Assembly (NCBI GenBank): GCA_013265495.1
Contig: MU058444.1
Span: 992,001-1,056,000 of the forward strand
Direction of reading: 5' to 3'
DNA length: 64,000 nt
From: Vicugna vicugna
Taxonomy: Eukaryota
Of the stretch, positions 52,116 through 64,000 are shown one piece after another (within the stretch, counting starts at the first letter, position 1; each line of letters starts with the position of its first letter). A model generated the notes under the pieces. The model was not told the DNA's origin. It saw nothing but the letters and a program-made list of their open reading frames with translations, and did no database searches. Made by a program: the position numbers and the translations under genes.

Positions 52116-52930
52116 TATCTGCTAGAATTTTTGAGGAAGAATTTCCCTTCATCATCTAGCCCAGCTGTCTAATTTTAAGCATGAGGATATTGTAGGTTTG
52201 ACTTTTTTTTTTTTAATGCAACATGTCATGAAATTAAGGATGGGTCAGCATCTTGAATATTTGGAGCCTACTTAACTAAAGATGTTTAGAAAGGAAAAGA
52301 TTGGCTGCTTTCAGGAATGTAAACAGTGGCCTTCCGTCTTGGGCGATGCAGGTGGTTGCTAGAAAAAAAGTGACTCATGACTTTGGTTTCTTTCTAACTC
52401 TTTAATACTATTTTTTTTAAGTCTTTAAATCATCTCCTTTCTTCTCCTAATCTATTCACCTCATCCCATCTCTTAATCTATCCATCCAATACACATATTC
52501 AAGTGCATGTGTTAAAGTGATTTTTTTCTAATATTATATTCTATCAAAAAAGCAATGGAAAAGTAAATATAAAATACAATTATGCATTTAAGGATAATAG
52601 TGTTCAATGTCTTTTACGTGCACTTTAAAATAATTACTTTTGCTTTATTTTGAAAAAATAAATAAATAAGAAGATGTAATTTTGAGGACAGTTGAAAGCC
52701 AGGGAACAAAATATTCACTCTAATTGATGATGTGAGGAAAATATTATATTAAAATCCCAGGTTTCTCCCGTTTGTGTAAATGAAATGAAAAATTCATAAG
52801 GGAAAGTTTTAATCAGTCAGTCAAGAATCTAAATCCATCAAAACATTATTCACTGCATACTGTCAAGTGTTTGGGACCTGACTGAACCCATTAAAAAATC
52901 TACATTTTGTGCTATGAATGTAAATGGCTA

Positions 52931-53483
52931 CAGACATATCTCATTTTATTGCACTTTGCTTTATTGTGCTTCTAAGATATTGTAGTTTTAAAAAATTGAG
53001 TTTGTGGCAACCATGTTTTGAGCAAGTCTGTCAACGCCATTGTTTCCAACAGCATTTGCGAACTATGTGTCTTTGTGTCACATTTTGGTAATTCTCAGAA
53101 TACTTTAAACTTTTTCATAATTATTCTACTTTTGCAGTGACCTGTGATCGGTACTCTTTGATGTCACTATTGTAATTATTTGGGGTTGCCAGAAACCACA
53201 CCCATTTAAGGTGGTGAACATAATCAATAAATGTTGTGTGTGTTCTTAATGCGTCACTGACTATTTCCCCATCTCTGTCCATCTCCTGGGGGCTCTTTCT
53301 TCCCTGAGAAACAACAGTATCGAAATTAAGCCAATTAACAACCCCACCACGGCCTCTAAGTATTCAAGGGACACGAAGAGAGGCACATCTCTTACGTTAA
53401 AACAAAAGCTTAGAAAATGATGAAGCTTAGCGAGGAAGACATGTTGAAGGCTGAGATAACCCAAAAGCTGGGTCTCGCGTGTC
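52931..53483 (+). mobile_element. Tigger1 DNA transposon, 5' fragment (TIR + start of dead transposase)
   Basis: TA|cagacatatctcattttattgcactttgctttattgtgctt...gagcaagtctgtc...ggcctctaagtattcaag...aagcttagcgaggaagacatgttgaaggctgagata follows the Tigger1 5' consensus as I recall it; no right TIR. Confidence 0.9.
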
Positions 53484-56400
53484 CTTTTCCTCTTCACCTT
53501 TTATGTTTTTGTTGTCTCAGACCGTCCATTTTTTATGTTGTGAGCTTGTCACCAAACTGAAGTAGCTGTAGTTATTTTTCCACTTTTTTTCCCCTTTAAC
53601 ATTTATGCTCTAATAATGTTTTAAACACCTATTCTGATACACTGCTGTGGTTAGAGGGTTGGGATGGCCGGCACCGCCTCCACTAACTCCCTCAGCTCCA
53701 TCTCTTCTATGTGCTCTGGTCCACCCACCTTTAGATGTACAGATCCATGGAGTTCTCCAGAATTCTGGCACATTGGTCAAGCTACCTTTGTTGGGTTCGT
53801 GGGTGTTTTACTAGTTGGAGATTGAAAGAGAGAGACAAAGAGGGTGTCTCATCCACTATGATGGTGACATCACTCTGTTTTATTTTTAATTCTTCTACTT
53901 TTTTTTTCTCTGCCTTCATCTTAGCTCATTCGTGAGTCTTTATTCTTCTTCCAGAGAGGCCACCATCCTTTCATTTTTGGAAAAACTCAAGCAAAATTTT
54001 TCCCAAGATTTTCATTTGCTTCTCAGAAAAATTCTTAACTATGCCCTGGTTTTAAGTCTTCAGTCCAGTGTTCTTCTTCCTTTACTCATGCATCTTTCTT
54101 CCCTCCACCCCCACCATTCATTTTTTAATCTGAGGAGTGGTAACCAGCTCCGCCCCTCACCGCCCCCCACCAATGGTGAACTCCAGAGAGGTGTTACCTT
54201 TCCTTGCTGTCCATTTGAGTGTTGGCAACTTTTCCTTCTCAAATTCAATCCACAATGCCAAGTTTATGAGCACAGTGCCCATCTAAAGTTATGAAATTCA
54301 TAGGGTGGGCATTTGGGGCTAATATTGAAATCTTTTCTCTACAAACTATGAGACACTCTAACTCAACTAGAATTAGCTACAGTTTTTAATCTTGAAATAA
54401 AGTTGAGTTGAAAAGATTGAAAAAGTTTAAATCACCCAGCAAGTATTGATGCCATCTCTCTCTCCCTTGCTCTACCCCTACTTGCAGTTTTTCACTTGCA
54501 TAAATAAGAATCCCATTTCCCTCCTGTTGGCCCCCACATTGCATGCTTGCCTGGGTAGAGAAAGAGTTGAGCTGAGGAGGTTAGCAATTAAGATCAACAT
54601 GTTTGATAAGGTTTCCCAAATTTTAGAGAATGATTGTTTTCTTCTTTTGAACTCTTTTGGGAGAGTTCAAGTCAAGATCAAAATTTATTCTCAGGTACTT
54701 GAATTTCAGATGTCTGTGAGATATCCAAGTGAAGCTTAAGTGGATGCTTAAATACGTGAGAATGGATTATGGCTCCACCAGTTTTAATACAAGTGTGGGT
54801 GTAGTTATACAAATTACCAGTTGCTTTTTAATTAAAATATTTATTTGAACTCATAATATCTGAAACAATTGGAAATTTCGTGAACCACTAGCAGTAATTA
54901 CGAAAATGTAAAATGGTAAGACAATTATCAACAAGAAAAGATTCATAACTGAGATGGCACCTGGGAATTTTCTTCCTCTTCTTTGACAGAAAAATATTTA
55001 ACCTCCTATTTATATTTATTTTATGTAACTAGCTATATGTTCAAAAGGTGAGCTAAGATAAAGCATGAGACATAATACAGATTTTCAGACAGAAACTGAA
55101 GGTAATGGCAACTGGATGAGACTATTAAGAATTTAATAAGTGTTTCATCTATTTTTTTAAAATGAGTGCAATGAATATGGTGAAAAATGGCATTTACCTA
55201 TTAGTATTTGCAAAGCCACTGATGCTTTTAAAAAATATCCACAAATCAAGAATTTAGGCTCACATCTTTGGCTTATCTACCTAGAACAAAAATAATGACC
55301 GCAAAAATCAGATATGTGACATTTATTGAAAAAATAAAAGGTTTAATATGCATTATTAGTCATCAGAAAGATTTTATCATGAAGTTCATAAAAAACTTCA
55401 CAGAACTTGTTCTTCTTGAAAAGACACATCAAAAGAGGCAAAAATAATTGATTATTTTAGAATCATGTTTTCCTGTGTAAGTATTATCATTAACTTAGGG
55501 TAAATTTCCAAGTTCAGGATTTATCATGCAGTGAAAGAAAGAAAATGCTAACTTGTTTAGGAGACAGGAGGCTCTATCATGTATCTATCTTTACAAGATG
55601 TGCGAGCTTATAAAATATGCTTATCCTTCTTGGCTTTGGTTTGCTTTTCTATAAAATGGGAAAATCGGAGATAACTTCCAAATGATCTCATAAATGAAAT
55701 AACCCTTGCAATTACATATGGAAATTCATAGATTATTGATGTTGAATCCTTTTTGGCAGAGTTGGAAATTAATTCTGAATTCTGTCCAACTTATATTCAT
55801 CAATAAATAAATTTCACTAATAAAGTAAGGCAAATGTATTTTCACAAGCGTGTGTTGTAAAGCTTGTAAAATTAAAAAAAAATTAAAATTATGTAAAATT
55901 AAAAAACTCAATTATGAAAGTATTTGTTGGTGTTCTAAGTGAAATATATAATATGGAAAACAGAATGTTTGCTTTGAACTCGGTTAAATGTAGAAATTAA
56001 TGAGAATTTGAATTTTCCATGAATTTAACAAGTATTCTCTTTCTTTTCAATGGTTTCCAAAGTCTGAAAAAATATGGATGTGATTTCTTTGAAACTTGCC
56101 ACTTGAAATAAGCCTAAAAATCCAATTAGATTATGAACACCTAGGAGGCAAGGACCAAACTGATACTTTCATGAAGCTGTATTAGGACAAAAGGGTAGAA
56201 GCAATAGGTAGAAAATTTTAGGTCACAGTTGGGAGGAACTTCTAAGAACTGAAAAATGATGAAATAGGCTGAAATAATGACATCAGCTCCTAAACCCTTC
56301 AAATGTTTAAACAATTCACTGCAACAGGGCTATTGTGCCAAAGATTTTACCTGGAGTGGGAAGTCAGACAAGGTGACTTATAAAGTTTCTTCTAAAAGAA

Positions 56401-57924
56401 AAACAGCATAACTCCGTTTTTTTTTTTTTTTAAATCCTCTGTTTAAGTATCCAGTATCAAGAGCAGGCATGTAATATACCATCACTGAATGTCAATATAT
56501 CTGCATTCATTTAAAAAATTTGCTAAAATTCCAGATATCAGATGAAACAGTTTATTATCTATGTGATCTGAGAACAAATTTAGTTTTTAAAATCATGCCA
56601 ACATTTCTTGGTTTAGTATGTCTTCCTTGGATCTAGCTAAGCTTTCAGGACATCACCATGCTGGATGTGGCTTGAGAATTACGTTTGGAAAAGTGTCAGA
56701 CAACCATGCATTTCTACCTGAATGAGGCAACGTTTAACTTTTTTAACAAGAGCTATTTTTTGTTTAACCAAAGAAACAGAATTCTGAATTTTGTCTGTAA
56801 ACCCTACTTAAGAATATATTACTCATAAATTTGCCATGTTATTGTTTAGATCCAACCCTGCGGGGATGTGTATTTTGACAGGGGCAGGGAGGTTACTCCA
56901 GGGCATTATCCATGTCATCTGTTGATTTCTGCTGTGATTCACATGGACGAAGTTGCACCTCGCACTTTAAGCTGGTGTCATGTTTCCCATTTCTGCTGCA
57001 ATGTGCATTTCAGGACCTTAGATGAAATCTGAATGGAATCCAGCCATGATAAATATTTATAGGTATATTTAGATGAGCTCAGTGATGAGCTGTGTTTTAA
57101 TTAACACCAGACTCAGATGAACTATGTAAATGAAAGAACCATGCATCGAACTGACACTTGCGCCAAAGTATTACTTACTTCACAGGGAGCTACACAGAGA
57201 ACTTAGAACGCAAGGACTATCTGGATTTACACTGTCATTTAAATCATGTCCTTTGGGTTTTAATTCAAGGCACAAAGATGGGTACTGCATCTCTCAGTAA
57301 TGATACGGCAAGTACTGAAAAATATTTGCAAGGTGAAAAATAATTATTTTACTTACCAGGATTCTTTTATTCTAGATATCTTTTCAAATTAACATTTGCA
57401 TATTAAGTTTTGCACCATGCTGATATGATGATGAGGTAAACCAGACTGTTTTTTAAATCCGTTAAAGTGGAATCTCCTAAGGGGGTTCTATTCCATCACT
57501 ATTGACATGCTTGAGATATGATTTAATCTCTAGGTTTAATCTGAATTCACATACTAATGAGTCATATAATAAAGGAGGCTTAATCATGTTATTTTGGTGT
57601 CATTGAAAAAGTTTTATCAAGAAAATTCCTTGAAAAAAGACTACAGAATACCTAACTGAATGGAACAGTTCTCCACAAAATGTCCTTTAGTTTCTCTTCC
57701 TTCAGAACTATCTAACTCAGTATAACTTCTCTTATGTTAACAAATAAAATACATAGATATATAGGATTATTAAAAATGTATTCTTTCTTAGGCAGGTATG
57801 TTAATAGACATGGTATAGCTACACACTTCAAATGACTAAATACAATTAATAACATAATTATTGGAATAGGAGAAGTCCTTAGTTAATGCTCTAATAGAAC
57901 ATTCAGGACTCTTTCTAGCTCAAA

Positions 57925-58410
57925 GTGACACCTTTTGGGGGGGACCTGCTCCCCAAATGCACAGGATTGGATGGCCAGCAGATATGAACTCTACAACCCA
58001 GCAACTCTGATGCTCACTGAATAAACCAAGGGTGGACATCTGTCCTGGGGCCACTCAGATGTTTTCCTCTTAAAATTTATAGTATGGACTGAGAAGCTGT
58101 GGCTCGTCTCTGTCATCACTTATGTTAGAACACGATGGCTATTCATACACCATCACAGAGGGCATCTCGGGAACCTAGTCCGCAGGGAGAGCCGAGAGGA
58201 GACTAGTTACGTGAGGACAGGAAGGGGAACGAGACATTCGCAGTTGACCATGATGGCTTTCCGGTTCCTGGGCACAGCCCCTTCCTGTGGCCGCACATGA
58301 ACATGTCTCCGGCTTCTGCAAGGCAGGCTTGCATCCTTACTACATATTTCTCTTTCTTCTCATAAGCTAGAGTTGGTGTCTTTTACTTGCAACAAAAAGA
58401 CCTTGACGAG
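57925..58410 (+). mobile_element. Old MLT1 (H/I/J-like) LTR
   Basis: 3' end taagctagagttggtgtcttttacttgcaacaaaaagaccttgac is typical of MLT1. Confidence 0.6.
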
Positions 58411-58899
58411 TGCAGCCTGACCTTGCCACTTTCTCTTGGCTTTAAAAGTGCTTTTGGACATCCATTGACCTTATTTTTACTTCTTAAGAGTATTATCAAA
58501 TCTATCTTTTTATGGCATATGATTAAGAGGTCACTGAAAATAAATTAAAATGTTAAAGGTACAGTAAATTTCAAACTGTGAATATTCTGGACCTTCAACC
58601 TCACAAGCATGCAAAGTATCAGAGGAATATAGTTCATGTCACTGCTAAAACACCTGGAATTAATACTCTGTATTGGCTGGAAAAAAACCCACCTTTTTCC
58701 TTCCTGTTCTTACAATATCCATTTTACTCAGTATTTTATTTAATTCAGGAGTTATGTGCTGCCTGCCTTTATCTGTTATGAAGTCGGGACAAATCCCACA
58801 TGCCTTGGTATTTTTAAAAACCCTTCATGATCTAGCCCCATTTTTTATGACTTTCCTTTCCAGCTCTGCCCTCCAGCCATGCTAGGTTTCCCTCAGAGC

Positions 58900-60727
58900 T
58901 AAATGTGAAACACCAAAGTATAGAATCCTAGAAGGTAATACAGGAGAAAACCTAGACGACTTCAGATGTATGTTGATTAATTTTTGGTTACAACACCGAA
59001 GTCACCATCCAGGAAAGAAATCATTGATAAGCTGACATCATTAAAATTGAAAACTTCTGCTCTGCAAAACCCATTGTCGAGAGAATGAGAAGACAAGACA
59101 CAGACTGGAAGAAAATCTTTGTAAAAGACACATCTGATAAAGAATTGTTATCCAAAATACATAAAGAACTGAACTCTTTATAAGTTGAAAACTTATGCCC
59201 ATGCAAAATCTTGAACGCAAACGCCTGTATCAGCTTTATTCATAGTTACCACAATTTGGAAGCAGCCAAAGTGTCCTTCAGCAGGTGAGTAGGTAAGTAA
59301 ACCACAGCACAGGCAGGCAATGAAATGTTATTCAGCACTAAGAAAGAAATGAGCTATCGAGTCGTGAAAATAAGGGAAGAAAACTTAAATACATATTCCT
59401 AAGTGAAAGAAGACCATCCCAGGAGGCTAAATACTATGATTTCCAGAACATGACATTCTGGAAAAGGTAAAACTTTGGTAACAGCAAAAGATAGTGGTTT
59501 CCAGGAGTGTGTGCGGTGAACAGGTGGAATACAGAGAATTTTTAGGGCACTGAAGATACTCTGTATGATAGCATAATGACAGATACATCATACATTTGTG
59601 AAAACCACAGAATATGTAGTATCAAGAATGAATCCCAAAGTGTACTATGGACTTCGGATGATTATGTCGTGCCAATGGAAATTCACCCGGCTAAATTGTA
59701 TCATTTTGACGAATGATGTTTATAATAAGTGAGACTATATGCATGAGTTGAGGCAGAGCATATATGAGAAATCTTTGTATCTTTCTCTCAACTTAGTTGT
59801 AAACCTAAACTTCCCGCCAAAATTGTCTTTAAAAAGTGTAGGAGAAAATATTTGCAAACTATGTATCTAAGTGGTTACTATAGAAAAATATAGAAGGAAC
59901 GCCTATATATATAAAACTCAATTTTAAAATGGGCAAAGGACCTGAGTAGACATTTTTCCAAGGAAGACATCCAATTGGCCAACAAGTGTGTGAAAAGACA
60001 GTCAGTATCAGTCATCAATAGGGAAATGCAAATCAAAACCACAATGAGACATTATCTCCTACCTGCTATCTCCTACCTGGCCATTATTTAAATAAAAATA
60101 CCAAGTGTCAGCAAGGTGGTAGATTAATTACAATCCTTGTACACTATTGGCAGGAATGTCAAATGGTGCAGCTGCTACGGAAAACAGTATGGAGGTTCCC
60201 CAAATAATTAAAAAATAGAACTATCCTATGATAATTCTGTGTATTTATCTTAATTCTGTATATTTATCCAAAAGGATTGAAAACAAAAATCTAGGTGAGA
60301 TATTTGCCCTTCCATGTTCATTGAGGCCTGTCCATTCGCAACAGCCAAGAGGTGGATAAAGAAAACACGACGTGTACATACGATGGAATATTACCCAGCC
60401 TTGTATATATTATGTGCTATGGCGTGGATGGACTTTGAGGGCATGATGCTGAGTGAAATAATCCAATCTTAGAAGCACAAATACTGCATGATTCCACTTC
60501 TGTGTTGCTTCTCAAGCCAACGCGTAAAATCAGAGAGCCAGGGCTGGTGGAAGGGAATATGAGGCGTTGCTGCTCAATGGAACAGAGTTTCAGCCGTGCA
60601 TTATGAAAGCGTTTTAGTTTTACTGTACAAGGCATATTGTTAACATGACATATATGGGCACATGGTTACATTAAAAGTGTAAGAGAATAGTTTCACATGA
60701 TGTGTTTATCACAATAATAATTTAAAA
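58900..60727 (+). mobile_element. Cluster of two old sense-strand LINE-1 3' fragments (L1MB/MA-like)
   Basis: atcattaaaattgaaaacttctgctctgcaaaa; aaaatgggcaaaggacctgagtagacatttttccaaggaagacat; gggaaatgcaaatcaaaaccacaatgagac. Junction between the two elements near 59835. Confidence 0.88.
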
Positions 60728-62477
60728 AACAACTGCTCAAGAATTTGCCAAATGTACTTGTAGTAACTTGAGTCCATATAAGATATTGCTAAAAAAAAAA
60801 AGAGAGAGAGAGAGAGAAACAGTAGAGTCTGTTTAATCTGTCACTATATCTCTATTGTCATTTTAGGGAATTTTTACTGAAGCAAAGTATATTAAGTATT
60901 TTTTGTTCTAATGATCCATTTTTTTCTAGTTTACTTCCCCCCCCCCACTTTTTTTTTTTGGTGACTAAACTGTTAGTTAATTTACCTAGATTATTGACAC
61001 CATATTTGACATTTTGCTGGATTCTCTGTTAGCAACTGGGGAGCCTTTCAGCTGTCTCTATGTGATGCCAAGCAATTAATAAACGTGGTCAATTCTGTGA
61101 CAACAGTCCATCTGGTTACTCTGGTGAATAGGACCTTAGTCAATTCTCCTTTATGTCTTCTCCGAATTATCAAGCATGGATTAAAAATACAGCATTGCTT
61201 GGGGAACATTCTGGAGGAATTTTGAACACCATGGAATGGAATATCTTTTCCTTGTTTGGTGTCCTTTGGCTCCAATTAACTTTTAGAAATAAACTATACT
61301 TGCAAAATCATTTTTAATTAATGCGGGTGAAGGGGGATCTTTTTTTTTTTTTGACTGTCATGACTTCTGTTACTTATGGTATGTATTAATTTTTATTTCC
61401 AAACTTAACTCTAGGTTTGTTACCTGTTGAAAGTTTATCACTTTTTATACTATATTTTTTCAAATTTCTATATGGCATGTGACCCTTCCAAATTTGAATA
61501 AATTATAGGTTTAATTAAAAATCTGGCTATCATGGAGAAAGCTAAAGAAAAAAATTTCTGCAGTTCACCTGGTTTAAAATGCAATTACACTCAATTCACA
61601 TACATCACATACTCAACTTTTACCTAACTGACCATTTGACAATGATTTTATTCATTATGAGTAAGAAGGGAATTACTCATATTAAGCACCATTAATTGCA
61701 GTAAACTTTAAGCCAGATCTCTGCCTAGTAAGCATTGGTAATATTTGAGCAAAGGCATATTTCCAAAAGGGTGCACTTTCTGAAGCTCACAATGTAGAGA
61801 CAGTCACTGACATTTTTTTCAAGTGTGTGGTCTTATCCCTAATTTGGATGTTGAGGTATCTTTTCAGATTTAGAGTTACCTCATGAGCGTTCTTTAGTCT
61901 TAATTTAAATTTATTTTAAAACATTCCATTATCTTAAGTCAATTGTGATTCTAAACATTAATTTAGATAAATGAAAGGAAGTTAGGAATTAGGACGTGAA
62001 AATTATCGAGAGTGTATACTGTTGGTCTATATTCACAAAAGTGTCTCCACACCTTGATTACACAAACACACAAACAGAAATGTGACTTTACAGAGGGTGC
62101 AGGTGTTCTTTCATCTCCATCCTTATGTTTTTAACTCTAATTTTTTAAAAATAAAATTTGTTCCTCTCATTCTCGCTCCTACCTACCTATGAGTTGAGTC
62201 ATTGAAGATAGTCCAGAGTAGTGGTGTAGTGCCCTCATCCCAAACGGTGAGCCAGAGGCATGAGTTCTTGCCAGCATGGTCCCTCCAGGCAAAGGAAACC
62301 ACTCAGAAAATGCTTCTTGAAAAGTTCTACTATGTTCCAGAACCTGTGCAAGACACAGAGGATAAAAATGTGAACAGAACTCAGTCACCCCACTCCGTCA
62401 TGCAGCAATGTTCAAGTACCTGGTGATGCCAATAATTCTAGTTACATGAGCTTCTCAGATGTATGAAGAATGATGTT

Positions 62478-62873
62478 GTAGTCGATAGATTGCTTTGGGT
62501 AGTATGGCCATTTTGATAATGTGGACTCTTCCAATCCCAGAGCACGAGGTATCTTTCCATTTCTTTGTATCACCTTCAATTTCCTTCATCGATGTTTTAC
62601 AGTTTTCAGAGTACAGGTAACCCTCTTGGTCAAGTTTATGCCTAGGTATTTTGTTGTTTTTGATACAATGGAAATGTTTACATCAGTTATAAAATTCTGG
62701 TTTTTGAAGTGAAAAAAAGTGAATGAAGGGCCGCAAATGTCAAAATAGCCTTCTTTTTAATGGGTGAGTTGTATTCCATTACATATATGTATGCTGCATC
62801 TTCCTTATCCACTCATCTATTGGTGTGCACTTAGGATGCTTCCATATCTTGGCAATTATAAACAATGCTCCTG
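62478..62873 (-). mobile_element. Two LINE-1 fragments
   Basis: tagattgctttgggtagtatggccattttgataat... (62478-62668) and ttccttatccactcatctattggtgtgcacttagg (62750-62873). Confidence 0.8.
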
Positions 62874-63721
62874 TTAAAAAAGTGATGTTGTAATTATTAA
62901 GCTGTAAATGCACTTAAACATTGTACCATAATCAATTGAAATCATAACTTGTATTTTCTTAATAGAAAAGTATGATTTTTCTTAAGTATAATTTCTTTTA
63001 AGTACAACTGCTATTAAATGCCTTTGACCTTCTTTTCCTTACATGTATGTATTTGTACTTGAAATGTCTGGGAAGACCTACCTCATATGCTTATTACTGA
63101 CAAAACATTTTCAATTGGTTCCCCCAACCAATAACACTTCTTCCCTAACTGGGCATCAATGTGTAAAAGGAGGGGCCAATAAGGTAGTTTGAAGTTCAGA
63201 GACATCAGGTCCCAGAATCCTTGGGAGAGTTATAAAAACAGCGGCTAGCAAATGTGACCAGTGCGTGTATCTTTAGAGAGACTGCTGGTCTACATGCCTT
63301 TCTTCCTGATTTGCTCCTTTCTTCTCCTTCTTTTTCCCGTCGTGATTTCACGACCTTGGTTAAACCCATATAATATAATATGAATCAAAGTGCTTTAAAG
63401 TGCTTTCTACTTACTTAAGATGGAGTCTGAAAGAAAAAAAAAATTGACCCTTAAGGCATGAAAGAAAGCTGGGACATGGGAATTCACTGCACTTCTGTTC
63501 CATCTCTGAGCTGTATGATCTTGCAGCGCGACATCAAATCCCAGAAGACTCTCTGCAGCATGAAAGAACTCGTGAAAACAGGATGTGGAGATTACTAACT
63601 TTTTTTCCCCTACTAAAAGTGGCTTTTCTTATTTCAAGTGTAATATATGTGTTTTATAAAAGTGATAGAATTTTAATTTTGAAATACAGACGAAGTAAAA
63701 CAAGGAAGAATTGGCAAAATC

Positions 63722-63915
63722 TAATAATTATTATAACTGATGCTTACTGAGTATTCCCATTAGCTGCCCGGCATCGTTCTGTTTCCTGGATTTTCTCACT
63801 TAGCTTTTACAACTTTCTGTGAGGTCAGTACCATTTTTATCCCAGTGTTACAGACAGGACTTAAGAGAGGTTTAAGTGACTAGCCAAGGTTATACCCTAG
63901 TGGTAAGTGGTGCAT
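63722..63915 (-). mobile_element. MIR SINE
   Basis: tttttatcccagtgttacagacaggacttaagagaggtttaagtgactagccaaggttatac. Confidence 0.75.
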
Positions 63916-64000
63916 ATTCACTCAGTTGGGCAATAATTCTTGACTGTTTACTGGGAGTCAGGCACAGCGATATCAACATGTATATTTCAATTAATTTTTA

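Larger units (their letters stand above)
30184..64000 (+). other. HCRTR2: HCRTR2 intron following the first coding exon (runs off the window)
   Basis: Consensus donor GTGAGT at 30184. No ORF-track or by-eye match to the expected next exon (VCVAVWKNHHMRTVTNYF). The sequence is repeat-rich. Confidence 0.88.

Noticed and set aside
53350..53483. Tigger1 transposase as an intact or domesticated gene
   Set aside because: Start codon position appears mutated (ACG), the frame is disrupted, and the element is truncated after ~130 nt of ORF.

Overview
Mammalian genomic DNA, with no prokaryotic, phage or CRISPR content. The only supportable protein-coding sequence is the first coding exon of the orexin/hypocretin receptor 2 gene HCRTR2 (+ strand, 29961-30183, 74 codons + 1 nt, phase-1 GT donor) in a CpG island. 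About 29.5 kb upstream and about 34 kb of intron 1 downstream are non-coding; I did not find exon 2 in the window. The rest is decayed interspersed repeats (L1, L2, MIR, MLT1/MaLR, Tigger1, CR1-like) and simple repeats. Family names and most repeat boundaries are by-eye and approximate. The cetartiodactyl-type L1 3' ends and apparent lack of Alu/B1/Bov-tA/PRE1/Can-SINE suggest a camelid (inference). Most notable: a ~1.3 kb degenerate telomere-like (CCCTAA) array with higher-order substructure in intron 1; a stop-free 107-codon in-frame ATG extension plus a short uORF in the HCRTR2 leader; a dense TGACA motif cluster in intron 1; and several mechanistically informative L1 insertions. I cannot claim a new biological system from this sequence alone.
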